Of a stretch of DNA of 12,036 nt, positions 1 to 8,355 are shown piece by piece. The position numbers were made by a program, and so were the translations under genes. The stretch is from Octopus sinensis (Eukaryota), in contig NW_021826799.1 of NCBI RefSeq assembly GCF_006345805.1, positions 1 through 12,036 on the forward strand, written 5' to 3'. Numbering within the stretch: position 1 is the stretch's first letter; each line of letters starts with the position of its first letter. Under the pieces are notes generated by a model, which was not told the origin of the DNA, made no database searches, and saw only the letters and a program-made list of their open reading frames with translations.

Positions 1-1265
1 GAACATCCTTTTAACATCATTTGTAAAATATATTGTTGAATACGATCAGTTATTTAAAGCCATTAAATCTGCTTAACCTTCACATTAAAAAAAAAATATA
101 TATATATATATATAACTTTCACTTTTCGATCAGGAAATTACTTTTTTTCGATTTTTACTGGAGAAAATTATTTCATATTTTTTCTTTTTTTTTTGCGCTG
201 GTAACTGAAAATTTAGCGCAAAGATTTGCAAAAGTGTAAAAAGATTAAAAAATGTTTCGTTGACTTGTTAAAAAATAATGATAATAAAAGATAAGAAAAA
301 CTGGAATATTTATCTTACTGTTCTACCGTCTGTCTCACCAGAACGAAAAAGTGTTTGCGTTGTCGAAAGTTAAGCTGTAAAATGTTTGTAAGTCAGAAAA
401 AAACCAACAATAAGAGAGAATCGGGTAGAGAAACTGAACTTTGGGGGGAAAATACGCATTAAATATTGAATAATAAAGTCAAAAATAAATAATAAAATGT
501 CGTTGAGACGAAATAAAGAATATGATATGATAAAAGTATACTGCATCACAATAGATGTGAGCAGTATAAAACGAAAGAAGAGCGACAGGATAGCCATTGC
601 TCTTATTTCAATTATTATTGTTTTGTGTATTACTGTCTTTTTTCTTCATGGATTTGAACAGCTATTAAAATTAATTGTAATTGTTTATCATTTGTAATAA
701 ATAATGGTGGATTTTCAGAATGATTCAAAGATATTAGATTTATTAATGCTTAGTACTGAAAAAAAAAAAAGCTTCCAGTTTTGTCTTTCTCAGAAAAACA
801 CGTTCTGTTTCTGATTCTGTTTGGAGCAGTAGTTTTTTATTCTGTTTGAGGTGTAACATTTGGGGACATACCATTAAACGGAGAGTAATATTAAAGGTTT
901 TAATTCTCGGATACTTCAATGCTTCATTTGAAGGTATGGCACAGCTTGTTGCATAGTTTGAACAAAAATCACTTTCCAAAGTCAATTCTTATAACATCTC
1001 AGCCACAATCGTTCTCTCAAAATTTTCGCGAACTGCATCTGGAGTCATAAAATATAACTTACACTTGCTTCCATTCCTTAAAAGATTTTAATGTAGAAGT
1101 TGTGGAACATTCGACTGTTATTTCCAGAAAGTTACGCAAACACCTACCGGCTCAATCCTTTTCTCTTTTCAACAAATTTTAGGTACAAACATGGAGCTAA
1201 ATAAAAATAAAAAGACTAAAACCGTCTGAATTTTCAGTTGTGAATAATTAGTTGTTTGGTCTCAT

Positions 1266-1662
1266 TTTACTCTCTTTTTACTCTTTTACTTGTTTCAGTC
1301 ATTTGACTGTGGCCATGCTGGAGCATCGCCTTTGGTCGAGCAAATCGTTCCAACGACTTATTCTTTGTAAGCCTAGTACTTATTCTATCGGTCTCTTTTA
1401 CCGAACCACTAATTTACGGGTACGCAAACATACCAGCATCGGTTGTCAAGCGATGTTGGGGGCACAAACATAAACACACAAACATACACACATACATATA
1501 TGTATACATATATACGATGGGCTTCTTTCAGTTTCCATCTACCAAATTCACTCACAAGGCTTCGGTCGGACCTAGGCTATAGTAGACGACACTTGCCGAA
1601 GTTGCCATGCAGTGCGATTGAACCCGGAACCATGTGCTACTTACCACACAGCCACTCCTGCG
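1266..1662 (-). mobile_element. tRNA-derived SINE, near full length (head, body, internal CA/TA microsatellite, GTAAAAGA-type repeated tail)
   Basis: Minus strand: box A TGGCTGTGTGG (1654-1644), box B GGTTCAATCGC (1624-1614), CORE-like GCAACTTCGGCAAGTGTC just downstream, tail ending ...TGACTGAAACAAGTAAAAGAGTAAAAAGAG. The head matches the second copy at 4795-4856. Confidence 0.85.
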
Positions 1663-1787
1663 TCAATTACTGGCATCATTGAATTTGCGTATAAACGGCT
1701 GAGTATTCCAAAGTCACATTTACTCATGTCAGATGAACATGGAAGAGCGTGACATTACATTAGATTACAAATCAAATCAAATCATTA

Positions 1788-1944
1788 GGCTTCTATATAG
1801 TTTTCATCTACATAATTTTACTCATAACGTATGGTTCGATCAGGATCTACGGAAATGAGAAATACCCAAGATGTCACTCAAGGGAATAGAAACACGGTAC
1901 TTGTAATTACGAAGCATCATTCTCAGTAATTCGACCACACTGCA
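1788..1944 (-). mobile_element. Old, diverged copy related to the 5' half of the 1266-1662 SINE
   Basis: GGCTTCTATATAGTTTTCATCTACATAATTTTACTCATAA aligns with GGCTTCTTTCAGTTTCCATCTACCAAATTCACTCACAA (1520-1557). The similarity continues collinearly to ACCACACTGC vs ACCACACAGC. Confidence 0.55.
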
Positions 1945-2218
1945 TCAGAAACGTATAGCTATAACACAGCAAATGCGGCATTTAACATGAATATAAATGA
2001 ATCGTAGTCTATATTTATCAGTTTCGCTGAAATATCTCTTAAACTCACATTGGTTGATGGTCTTTGAAATAGGGGCTATATAATCCACAACATGATTCTG
2101 TAAAATCGCATTTAAGGATATTTCCTTCTGGATTTTACGATCAAGAGCGATCCACTAAAATTTGTTTAAGTTCGTTGCAGCTTACGTTGCTCTGGATATC
2201 ACGAGTGTAGAAATACGT

Positions 2219-2424
2219 GCACACATACATGCATACATACACACACATACGTACATACATATATATATACATATATATACATATACATACATACATATAT
2301 ATATATATTTACATATACATATATATATATATACATACATACATATATATATATATATATTTGAGTGTGTGTATGTATATGTATCAATGTCAATGCGTAC
2401 GTATGCATGGACATATGTGTGTGT
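2219..2424. repeat. Compound (TA)n/(TACA)n/(TG)n microsatellite
   Basis: Direct reading; source of the YI/HT-rich spurious ORFs. Confidence 0.95.
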
Positions 2425-3020
2425 GCGCATGTGTGTTTGTGTTTTATTGCTCAGAAGAAATGGCCGAATACTTGTGAACGAGTCCTGAGGAAACTAAAAC
2501 CAACTAGCCCATAATATTAGTTATACTATTCTGCATCTTGGCAGTAGTTCCCCATTTAAAATCACATCCTCATTAACCTCGCTCTGAATTATCACTATAA
2601 TGCTACAATATAGTTATATACTCACTTTAGCACTTAAATAAAAGCGCGGATTAAATTACATAGATTTAATTTTACATTAACCAGGTGAAAGATTATTCTG
2701 AGCCATTTAGATAAGTAGTTAGATTACTCTTGATTAACATTCAGAGAGAAAGAGTAACCAATATCTCTACATTTAATATCGGTAATATCGTTAATAATTA
2801 CTAGAAACGTCAATATATTCAACACATTACATTAACACCGCATTTTGCCAGTTCTAACGACACAATATAGAGCTAAGCTTACATACATGCATACATACAT
2901 ACAGAGACACGCACACACACACATATATATACACTCATATATGTGTATATAGTATATATATGCTTATGTGTATATGTGCATTAATGCCTGTGTAAGCATA
3001 TGCATTTAGAGGCGCTTGGC

Positions 3021-3158
3021 TTAGATATGTATATTATATATATATATATATTATATAGATATATATATATATATATATATAATATATATATATATCTATA
3101 TATATATATATATACATATACACACATAATATATATACATATACATACATATATATAC

Positions 3159-3239
<81 letters not shown>

Positions 3240-3242
3240 CAT

Positions 3243-3273
<31 letters not shown>

Positions 3274-3394
3274 CATACATATACATTAATACATATATAT
3301 ATATATACACAGAGAGATAGAGGGAGAGAGAGTGACACAAACTTGTGTATGTATATATATATGTCTATATGTATATATATATATATATATGTGT
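3021..3394. repeat. Long imperfect (TA)n/(TACA)n microsatellite with short (AG)n
   Basis: Direct reading. Confidence 0.95.
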
Positions 3395-3431
3395 ATGAAT
3401 ATCTGTTCAAGCATGTGTATATAGATGTGTT

Positions 3432-3680
3432 TGCTTGGTGTTAGTGTGTTCCGCTCACGTTCGTAGGTTTGCGTTTTCGATTCCTGGACCGAGTAACGTG
3501 TTATATTCTTGAGCAAAACACACCATTATTTCACAATAGTTTTAGTCAACTCACCCATGGATAATCCTGTGACTGAACCGGCGACTAATCGACTTCTCGT
3601 CCAAGTAGTCATTGGTGAAATACGGCACTGTAAACCGGAAACTGGTCTTATGAACTCATGACTACGGCTGCGCAGTGAAC
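3432..3680 (+). mobile_element. Diverged tRNA-derived SINE
   Basis: tRNA-like head TGGTGTTAGTGTGTTCCGCTCACGTTCGTAGG...TTCGATTCCTGGACC (box B about 3476-3485), CORE-like TTCTTGAGCAAAACAC, and a 3' part (CCTGTGACTGAACCGGCG...AAACCGGAAACTGG) loosely similar to the 3' part of the 6263-6568 SINE. Confidence 0.6.
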
Positions 3681-3768
3681 ATGTATCCTTCTTTGACATA
3701 TATAGTCTTTTATATATATATATATATTTGTTACTTATCTCAGTCATTTGACTTAACTCTAAGCCATA

Positions 3769-3786
3769 ACACACACACACACACAC

Positions 3787-3850
<64 letters not shown>

Positions 3851-3891
3851 ATATAATATATATAGATAGATAGATAGATAGATAGATAGAG

Positions 3892-3927
<36 letters not shown>

Positions 3928-4019
3928 GGATAGATAGATAGATAGATAGATATGTACATGCATATATATATATATATTATATATTATATATATAATATAT
4001 ATATATATGTATATATAAT
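3769..4019. repeat. Compound (CA)n-(TA)n-(GATA)n-(TA)n microsatellite; (GATA)n at 3863-3952
   Basis: Direct reading. Confidence 0.95.
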
Positions 4020-4454
4020 CATATCACAGGGAGATGGAATTTAACAGAAAGTTTCATTCCCAGTGGCCTGACGTGTAAAATTTTAGTCCAAAGTCTATGT
4101 ATTAGTCATAAAATACAGTGTACATTTAAACACTTAAGGAATCCACTCGTGGGATTCAACACGCTAGAAAGAACAGCTAGGTTCTATAACCACAAAATTA
4201 GGGATAAAATTCGCCAGGAATGAAATGAAAAAATAAAAACATTTTACCATCTAGTTTCCGGGACCAATTGGCTTCTGATTTTAGTTTAGCAAGCAAATAA
4301 CATTTACCCACTAGGTGAAATCTTTCTCAAAAGGTACACCTTAGATTAAATATATAAATGCAGAGGTGCATTCGTTAAGAACGTATTAGTAGAGGCCATT
4401 AAAAAGCTGCCGAATCGTACTCCATCTTAATTTTGACTACTTATACTGTCATTT

Positions 4455-4492
4455 ATACATATATATATATATTTATATATCCCTTCTCTTAC

Positions 4493-4540
<48 letters not shown>
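4455..4540. repeat. (TA)n microsatellite, interrupted
   Basis: Direct reading; abuts the fold-back element. Confidence 0.9.
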
Positions 4541-4543
<3 letters not shown>

Positions 4544-4732
4544 TATATAGAAGGAGCTTCTACAGGACTAGAACTGTTTCATTCAAGAGAAATCTTCTCC
4601 TGAAGATTTCTCTTGAATGAAACAGTTCTAGTCCTGTAGAAGCTCCTTCTATATAATATAAATTAATTTTACTCTGCTATGTATTGAGTACCTTATTTAC
4701 TGTGGTTAACCCCGAATCAACCCGGGACCTAC
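4541..4732 (+). mobile_element. Fold-back element: perfect 57-bp inverted repeat (4541-4597 / 4602-4658, loop TCCT) with the right arm continuing to about 4732; probable Penelope-like pLTR/retrozyme remnant
   Basis: Arms checked base by base, 57/57 complementary. A hammerhead core starts at the apex. (TA)n lies on both sides. The palindrome is certain; the Penelope assignment is inference. Confidence 0.7.
4598..4642 (+). ncRNA. Type-I hammerhead ribozyme-like motif (stem I truncated)
   Basis: CTGAAGA 4600-4606; stem II TTC/GAA with TCTT loop and a U.U closing pair; GAAA 4619-4622; stem III ACAG (4622-4625)/CTGT (4634-4637) with loop TTCTAGTC; GUA cleavage site after 4638. Only 2 bp of stem I (TC/GA) remain. 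Confidence 0.55.
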
Positions 4733-4794
4733 ATATATATATAATATATATATATATTATATATATATATATACATACATATAATATGGGAGAT

Positions 4795-4856
4795 ACTGAA
4801 CCCGGAACCATGTGGCTGGTAAGCAAGCTATTTACCACATAGCCACTCCTACGCCT
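4795..4856 (-). mobile_element. Isolated tRNA-derived SINE head, same family as 1266-1662
   Basis: Minus strand AGGCGTAGGAGTGGCTATGTGGTAAATAGCTTGCTTACCAGCCACATGGTTCCGGGTTCAGT, with boxes A and B; nearly identical to 1619-1662 apart from a 13-nt indel. Confidence 0.85.
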
Positions 4857-5249
4857 AATGTTTTATTGTTCTTCTTTCATTCGTCTTTCAAACATCTGAT
4901 GGAGATGTAAGGTCATCGTCATGATGTACAGAGTAGTTTTAGCACTTTTAATTCCTTGCGGAAGATCGTATCTCTGCAGGATGAAATACAGCAAATGTCT
5001 CGCAGGAAAGAAAGAGTTAAGTGATCAGAGGAGACGCCCATAGTAGAAAATGAATTGTTTGAGGGTTATACTTGAGAGAATTAAAAGGGAAAATGTCCTG
5101 GTGGCTGTGAGTGTTACTGTATTTAATCACAGCTCGAAGATCCGTGTCGAACGTCAAAGGATTGTTGAAGTGTCAGCCAGACGTTTTAAAGTCTCTCTTA
5201 ATTTTGTGTATCTTTGATATATAACAATATGCACTTGAATAAACATAAT

Positions 5250-5435
5250 ATATATGTATTTATGTATATATATATACATATATATATGTATATGTATATA
5301 TGTATATATATATACATATATACATATACATATATATATGTATATATATATATATGTATATATGTATATATATGTATATGTCTATATATATATATATATA
5401 CATATATATATGTATATGTATATATGTATATATAT

Positions 5436-5472
<37 letters not shown>

Positions 5473-5573
5473 GACATATACATATATATATATATATACA
5501 CATACATATATATATATATAGACATATACATATATATATATACACATACATATATATACACACATACATACAT
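5250..5573. repeat. Long imperfect (TA)n/(TATG)n/(CATA)n microsatellite
   Basis: Direct reading. Confidence 0.95.
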
Positions 5574-5837
5574 AAATTTTTTAAAATAAAATGCGAAATA
5601 CGCCGTAGAATTGTAAAGCAAGTATGAAATCAGACACACACAGAGACAGTGATTTATGTCACAAACCGAAGGAAGAAGAATATATTGAAATAACTGACAT
5701 GAAAAGAATTAAGAGATACGGGAAAATATTTCAAGTGCATTACAATCTTAATAAAAATGTGTAGTGAACTGACGTGTCGCATGAAGATATATTTAACTGA
5801 TAATCATTCTGTCGCATAAAATTTCATATAGATAAAA

Positions 5838-5866
5838 CTGACGAAGCCTGTGGTGAAATACATCTT
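5838..5866 (+). ncRNA. Degenerate minimal hammerhead-like motif
   Basis: CTGACGA-A-GCC-TGT-GGT-GAAA-TACATC: same layout as 6826-6871 and 8278-8323, but stems I and III are decayed. Confidence 0.3.
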
Positions 5867-6262
5867 CAGATTAAGTATTACTGAGACATTTTAAACGCAT
5901 TAAAGTAACATATATGCGCCGGTGACTTCATTAAACCACTAGAGAAGCCATTAAGAAATATAATTGAACGTACTTGATGTATTTGAAAAAAAATTGTGTC
6001 TATATTTAGTAATTTATTGGAGGTAGTACGCTAATTAGGACAAAAGTTAAGTAGAAGAAAAGAAGCTAAAGTACTTACGAAAAAATTAATCATATCTAAG
6101 GTTTTTAAGATACAGTAGCTAAACATTCCTGCAAGGAACGACATGCGCAAGCATTTATTAACATGTTGAAAGATATATGTTAGCTGGTAAATCAAAATAA
6201 TAATCTACAAGAAAATTACATTTCCAAAATCAAATTACATGCAATTTACATTCTTATTGATT

Positions 6263-6568
6263 TTTTTTTTATTGATGCTCCCTTTTCAAGCCTGGCCAGG
6301 CTAATGGCTCCGTTGCCCGGTTTCTGTGTCGTATGTGTTCCCCCCAGCTGGACGGGACGCAGTCCATCGCAGCAGGAAACAGAAAGAAAGAGTGAGAGAA
6401 AGTTGGGGCGAAAGGGTATAACAGGGGTCGCCACCACCCCCTGCCGGAGCCTTGTGGAGCTTTAGGTGTTTTCACTAGAAAAACACACACAACGCCCGGT
6501 CTGGGAAACGAAACCACGATCCTCCGACCGCGAGTCCACTGCACTAAGCACTGGACCATTGCGTCTCC
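6263..6568 (-). mobile_element. Full-length tRNA-derived SINE with A-tail and 15-bp target-site duplication
   Basis: Starts GGAGACGCAATGGTCCAGTGCTTAG; box A at 6558-6548, box B GTTTCGTTTCC at 6514-6504; ends CATCAAT(A)n. The direct repeat ACATTCTTATTGATT is at 6248-6262 and 6569-6583. Confidence 0.92.
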
Positions 6569-6776
6569 ACATTCTTATTGATTGGGAACCTTGATATTTG
6601 TTTCAGTATAAGAGGGGACATACAATCGTGTTTTATGTCATGTTGGATATCCTCACTATATAACCTACAGATATGCAGAAAAAAAATAAAATGAAGTTTT
6701 TTTTTATGAGTAGCTTAAGAACTAAAAGTTAGAATGAGTTTATTTAAAATGGCCATTGGTATTAACAGCACTTTCG

Positions 6777-6922
6777 TTACGTTATTTACATTCGACGGAT
6801 ATTTGTCTTCATCTTGTTTGTTGTTAACACAACATTTCGGCTGATATACCCTACAGCCTTCGTCAGGTGTTTTGGGGAAATTTCGAACATGGGTTCTCAT
6901 TCCTAAAGTATTTTTCAATGTT
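6777..6922 (-). mobile_element. Hammerhead-containing SINE/pLTR tail, inverted copy of 8226-8355
   Basis: Reverse complement AACATTGAAAAATACTTTAGGAATGAGAACCCATGTTCGAAATTTCCCCAAAACACCTGACGAAGGCTG... aligns collinearly with 8226-8355. It is preceded on the minus strand by an (AAC)n(AAT)n tract. Confidence 0.85.
6826..6871 (-). ncRNA. Minimal type-I hammerhead ribozyme motif (Penelope-type, dimer-dependent stem III)
   Basis: AACAC-CTGACGA-A-GGCTG-TAGGGTATAT-CAGCC-GAAA-T-GTT^GTGTT. Stem I is 5 bp, stem II 5 bp, the core fits CUGANGA/GAAA, and stem III is a loopless AU/UG. Confidence 0.75.
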
Positions 6923-6923
6923 A

Positions 6924-6926
<3 letters not shown>

Positions 6927-6994
<68 letters not shown>

Positions 6995-7015
6995 GTTGTT
7001 GTTGTTGTTGTTATT
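6927..7015. repeat. (TTA)n(TTG)n microsatellite
   Basis: Direct reading; source of the poly-L/poly-I ORFs. Confidence 0.95.
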
Positions 7016-7039
7016 CTTACTATTATGTCATATATCCGT

Positions 7040-7115
7040 GGGCATATGGCGTCGTGGTTTAAGAGCGTGGGCTACTAACGCCAAGATTTCGAGTTCGATT
7101 CCAAGCAGTGACCTG
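7040..7115 (+). mobile_element. tRNA-derived SINE head (Pol III internal promoter)
   Basis: Box A TGGCGTCGTGG 7047-7057 and box B AGTTCGATTCC 7092-7102. There is no acceptor-stem 3' strand, so this is not a true tRNA. It runs directly into (AAT)n. Confidence 0.85.
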
Positions 7116-7214
7116 AATAATAATAATAATAATATTAATAATAGTAATAATATTAATAATAATAATAACAACAACAACAACAATAACAACAACAACAACA
7201 ACAACAACAATAAC

Positions 7215-7264
<50 letters not shown>
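7116..7264. repeat. (AAT)n/(AAC)n microsatellite
   Basis: Direct reading; ends TAA immediately before the R4/Dong fragment. Confidence 0.95.
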
Positions 7265-7267
<3 letters not shown>

Positions 7268-7998
7268 CCAAAGAGAGCGAATAATGCAGATATCGACAAA
7301 TCCCTGACCCAACAATGGCTAATGGCCTCTGGCTTAAAATCTGGAACAGAGTGGTTTATCATAGCTCAAGATCAATGCCTACCAACAAGAAACTACCAGG
7401 CCAGCATATTAAAGAACGGCAGTAGCCCAACATGTCGTGTATGCCGACAACAAAATGAAACCATTGACCATGTTGTCTCCAAATGCAGTCTTCTAGCGCC
7501 TACAGAGTACCTCAGTAGGCATGATAGAGCTGCACAATATATTCACTGGTTAATTTGCAAAAACCTGGATTTGCCCCATGAAAAAACTGGTGGGGACACA
7601 ATCCACCTCCTGTGCTTGAAAATGACCACATCTCACTCCTCTGGAACTTCACCATTCAAACTGACAGGAAGATAGATGCAAATAGGCCAGACATTATATT
7701 GAAAGAATTCAGACAAAGAACATGCCTCCTCATTGATATGACTGTCCCAATCGATATAAACGTATCTGTCAAGACCTACCAAAAACTGAGCAAATGTAAA
7801 GATCTTGAAATAGAAATCAGCAAAATGTGGAAGCTGAAGACTAAAACAATACCTGTTGTCATCGGTGCCCTGGGAATGATAGCGAAAGGGACCGATTGCT
7901 ATCTAACTCAGATACCAGGAAACCCCAAAATGGTAGAAATTCAAAAGATAGTGCTCATGGAAACTGCTCATATCCTACGCAAAATACTCTCTATGTAA
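7265..7998 (+). pseudogene. Frameshifted C-terminus of non-LTR ORF: CX2CX8HX4C zinc knuckle + restriction-like (PD-(D/E)xK) endonuclease
   Basis: Frame is open from 7265 (YPKRANNADIDKSLTQQWLMASGLKS...AQDQ...CRVCRQQNETIDHVVSKC...RHD). A one-base loss in the A6 run at 7581-7586 shifts it to NWWGHNPPPVLENDH...RPDIIL...LIDMTVP...KLSKCKDL...PVVIGALG...LRKILSM*. The KxxKY motif reads KLSKC. No RT domain is present. Confidence 0.9.
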
Positions 7999-8198
7999 TC
8001 CCAAGGTTTAAAACAAACTTTTTTTATTTATTTATTTTTTTTATTTTTTATTTGTATGTATTAGAAATTACTAGTACAACACCAAAAAAACAAAAAAAAC
8101 AAATATATGGCACAGAACTTCCAACCTGTTGTCTCTTGAGGTCTCTGGGTGAGACTTGGAGCCAACTTGTACAGACGTAAAACAAAAGTCAAACATAG
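7265..8198 (+). mobile_element. 5'-truncated RLE-type non-LTR retrotransposon (R4/Dong-like): ORF C-terminus plus about 200-nt 3' UTR
   Basis: Coding remnant with CCHC knuckle and RLE motifs; flanked on both sides by TAA/AAT repeats, the known target of Dong-type R4 elements. The clade is inferred from motifs and target site. Confidence 0.85.
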
Positions 8199-8225
8199 AA
8201 TAATAATGATAATAACAACAACAAC

Positions 8226-8355
8226 AACATCGAAAAATACCTTAGGAATGAGAACGCAGGTTCGAAATTTCTCCCAAGACACCTGGAGAAGGCTGGAAGG
8301 TATATCAGCCGAAACGTTGTGTTAACAACAAACAAGTTTTTTGTAAATAATGTAA
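8226..8355 (+). mobile_element. Hammerhead-containing tail, probably the 3' part of the SINE whose head is at 7040-7115
   Basis: Preceded by the resumed AAT/AAC tract (8199-8228). Homologous to 6777-6922 but lacks its 22-nt ATGAAGACAAATATCCGTCGAA segment. Confidence 0.8.
8278..8323 (+). ncRNA. Minimal type-I hammerhead ribozyme motif with A6G core change
   Basis: GACAC-CTGGAGA-A-GGCTG-GAAGGTATAT-CAGCC-GAAA-C-GTT^GTGTT; palindromic AACGTT across stem III. Confidence 0.7.

Noticed and set aside
192-222. 8-bp inverted repeat TTTGCGCT...AGCGCAAA
   Set aside because: Short and isolated; plausible by chance.
370-697. ORFs of 75 and 66 aa with hydrophobic stretches
   Set aside because: No recognisable motif; composition is explained by T-rich or A-rich sequence.
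2447-2510. CTGAGGAAAC as a hammerhead core
   Set aside because: The CTGANGA and GAAA overlap, leaving no stem II.
4541-4658. Palindrome as a miRNA precursor or DNA-transposon MITE
   Set aside because: A perfect stem, one arm extending further, no TSD and an apical HHR core fit a fold-back retroelement better.
5000-5190. Possible decayed RTE LINE 3' end (ILE..KGKCPGG vs GKRPRGRP)
   Set aside because: Needs a frameshift and several substitutions; too weak without a search.
2162-5639. Numerous YI/HT/CV-rich ORFs
   Set aside because: Translations of TA/CA/GATA microsatellites with no coding signal.
7040-7115. Possible genuine tRNA gene
   Set aside because: No acceptor-stem closure, a mismatched anticodon arm, and it runs into (AAT)n; this is a SINE head.
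6867-7362. Poly-L/I/N/Y ORFs, including the 146-aa ORF
   Set aside because: Translations of (TTA)n/(AAT)n tracts and SINE parts.
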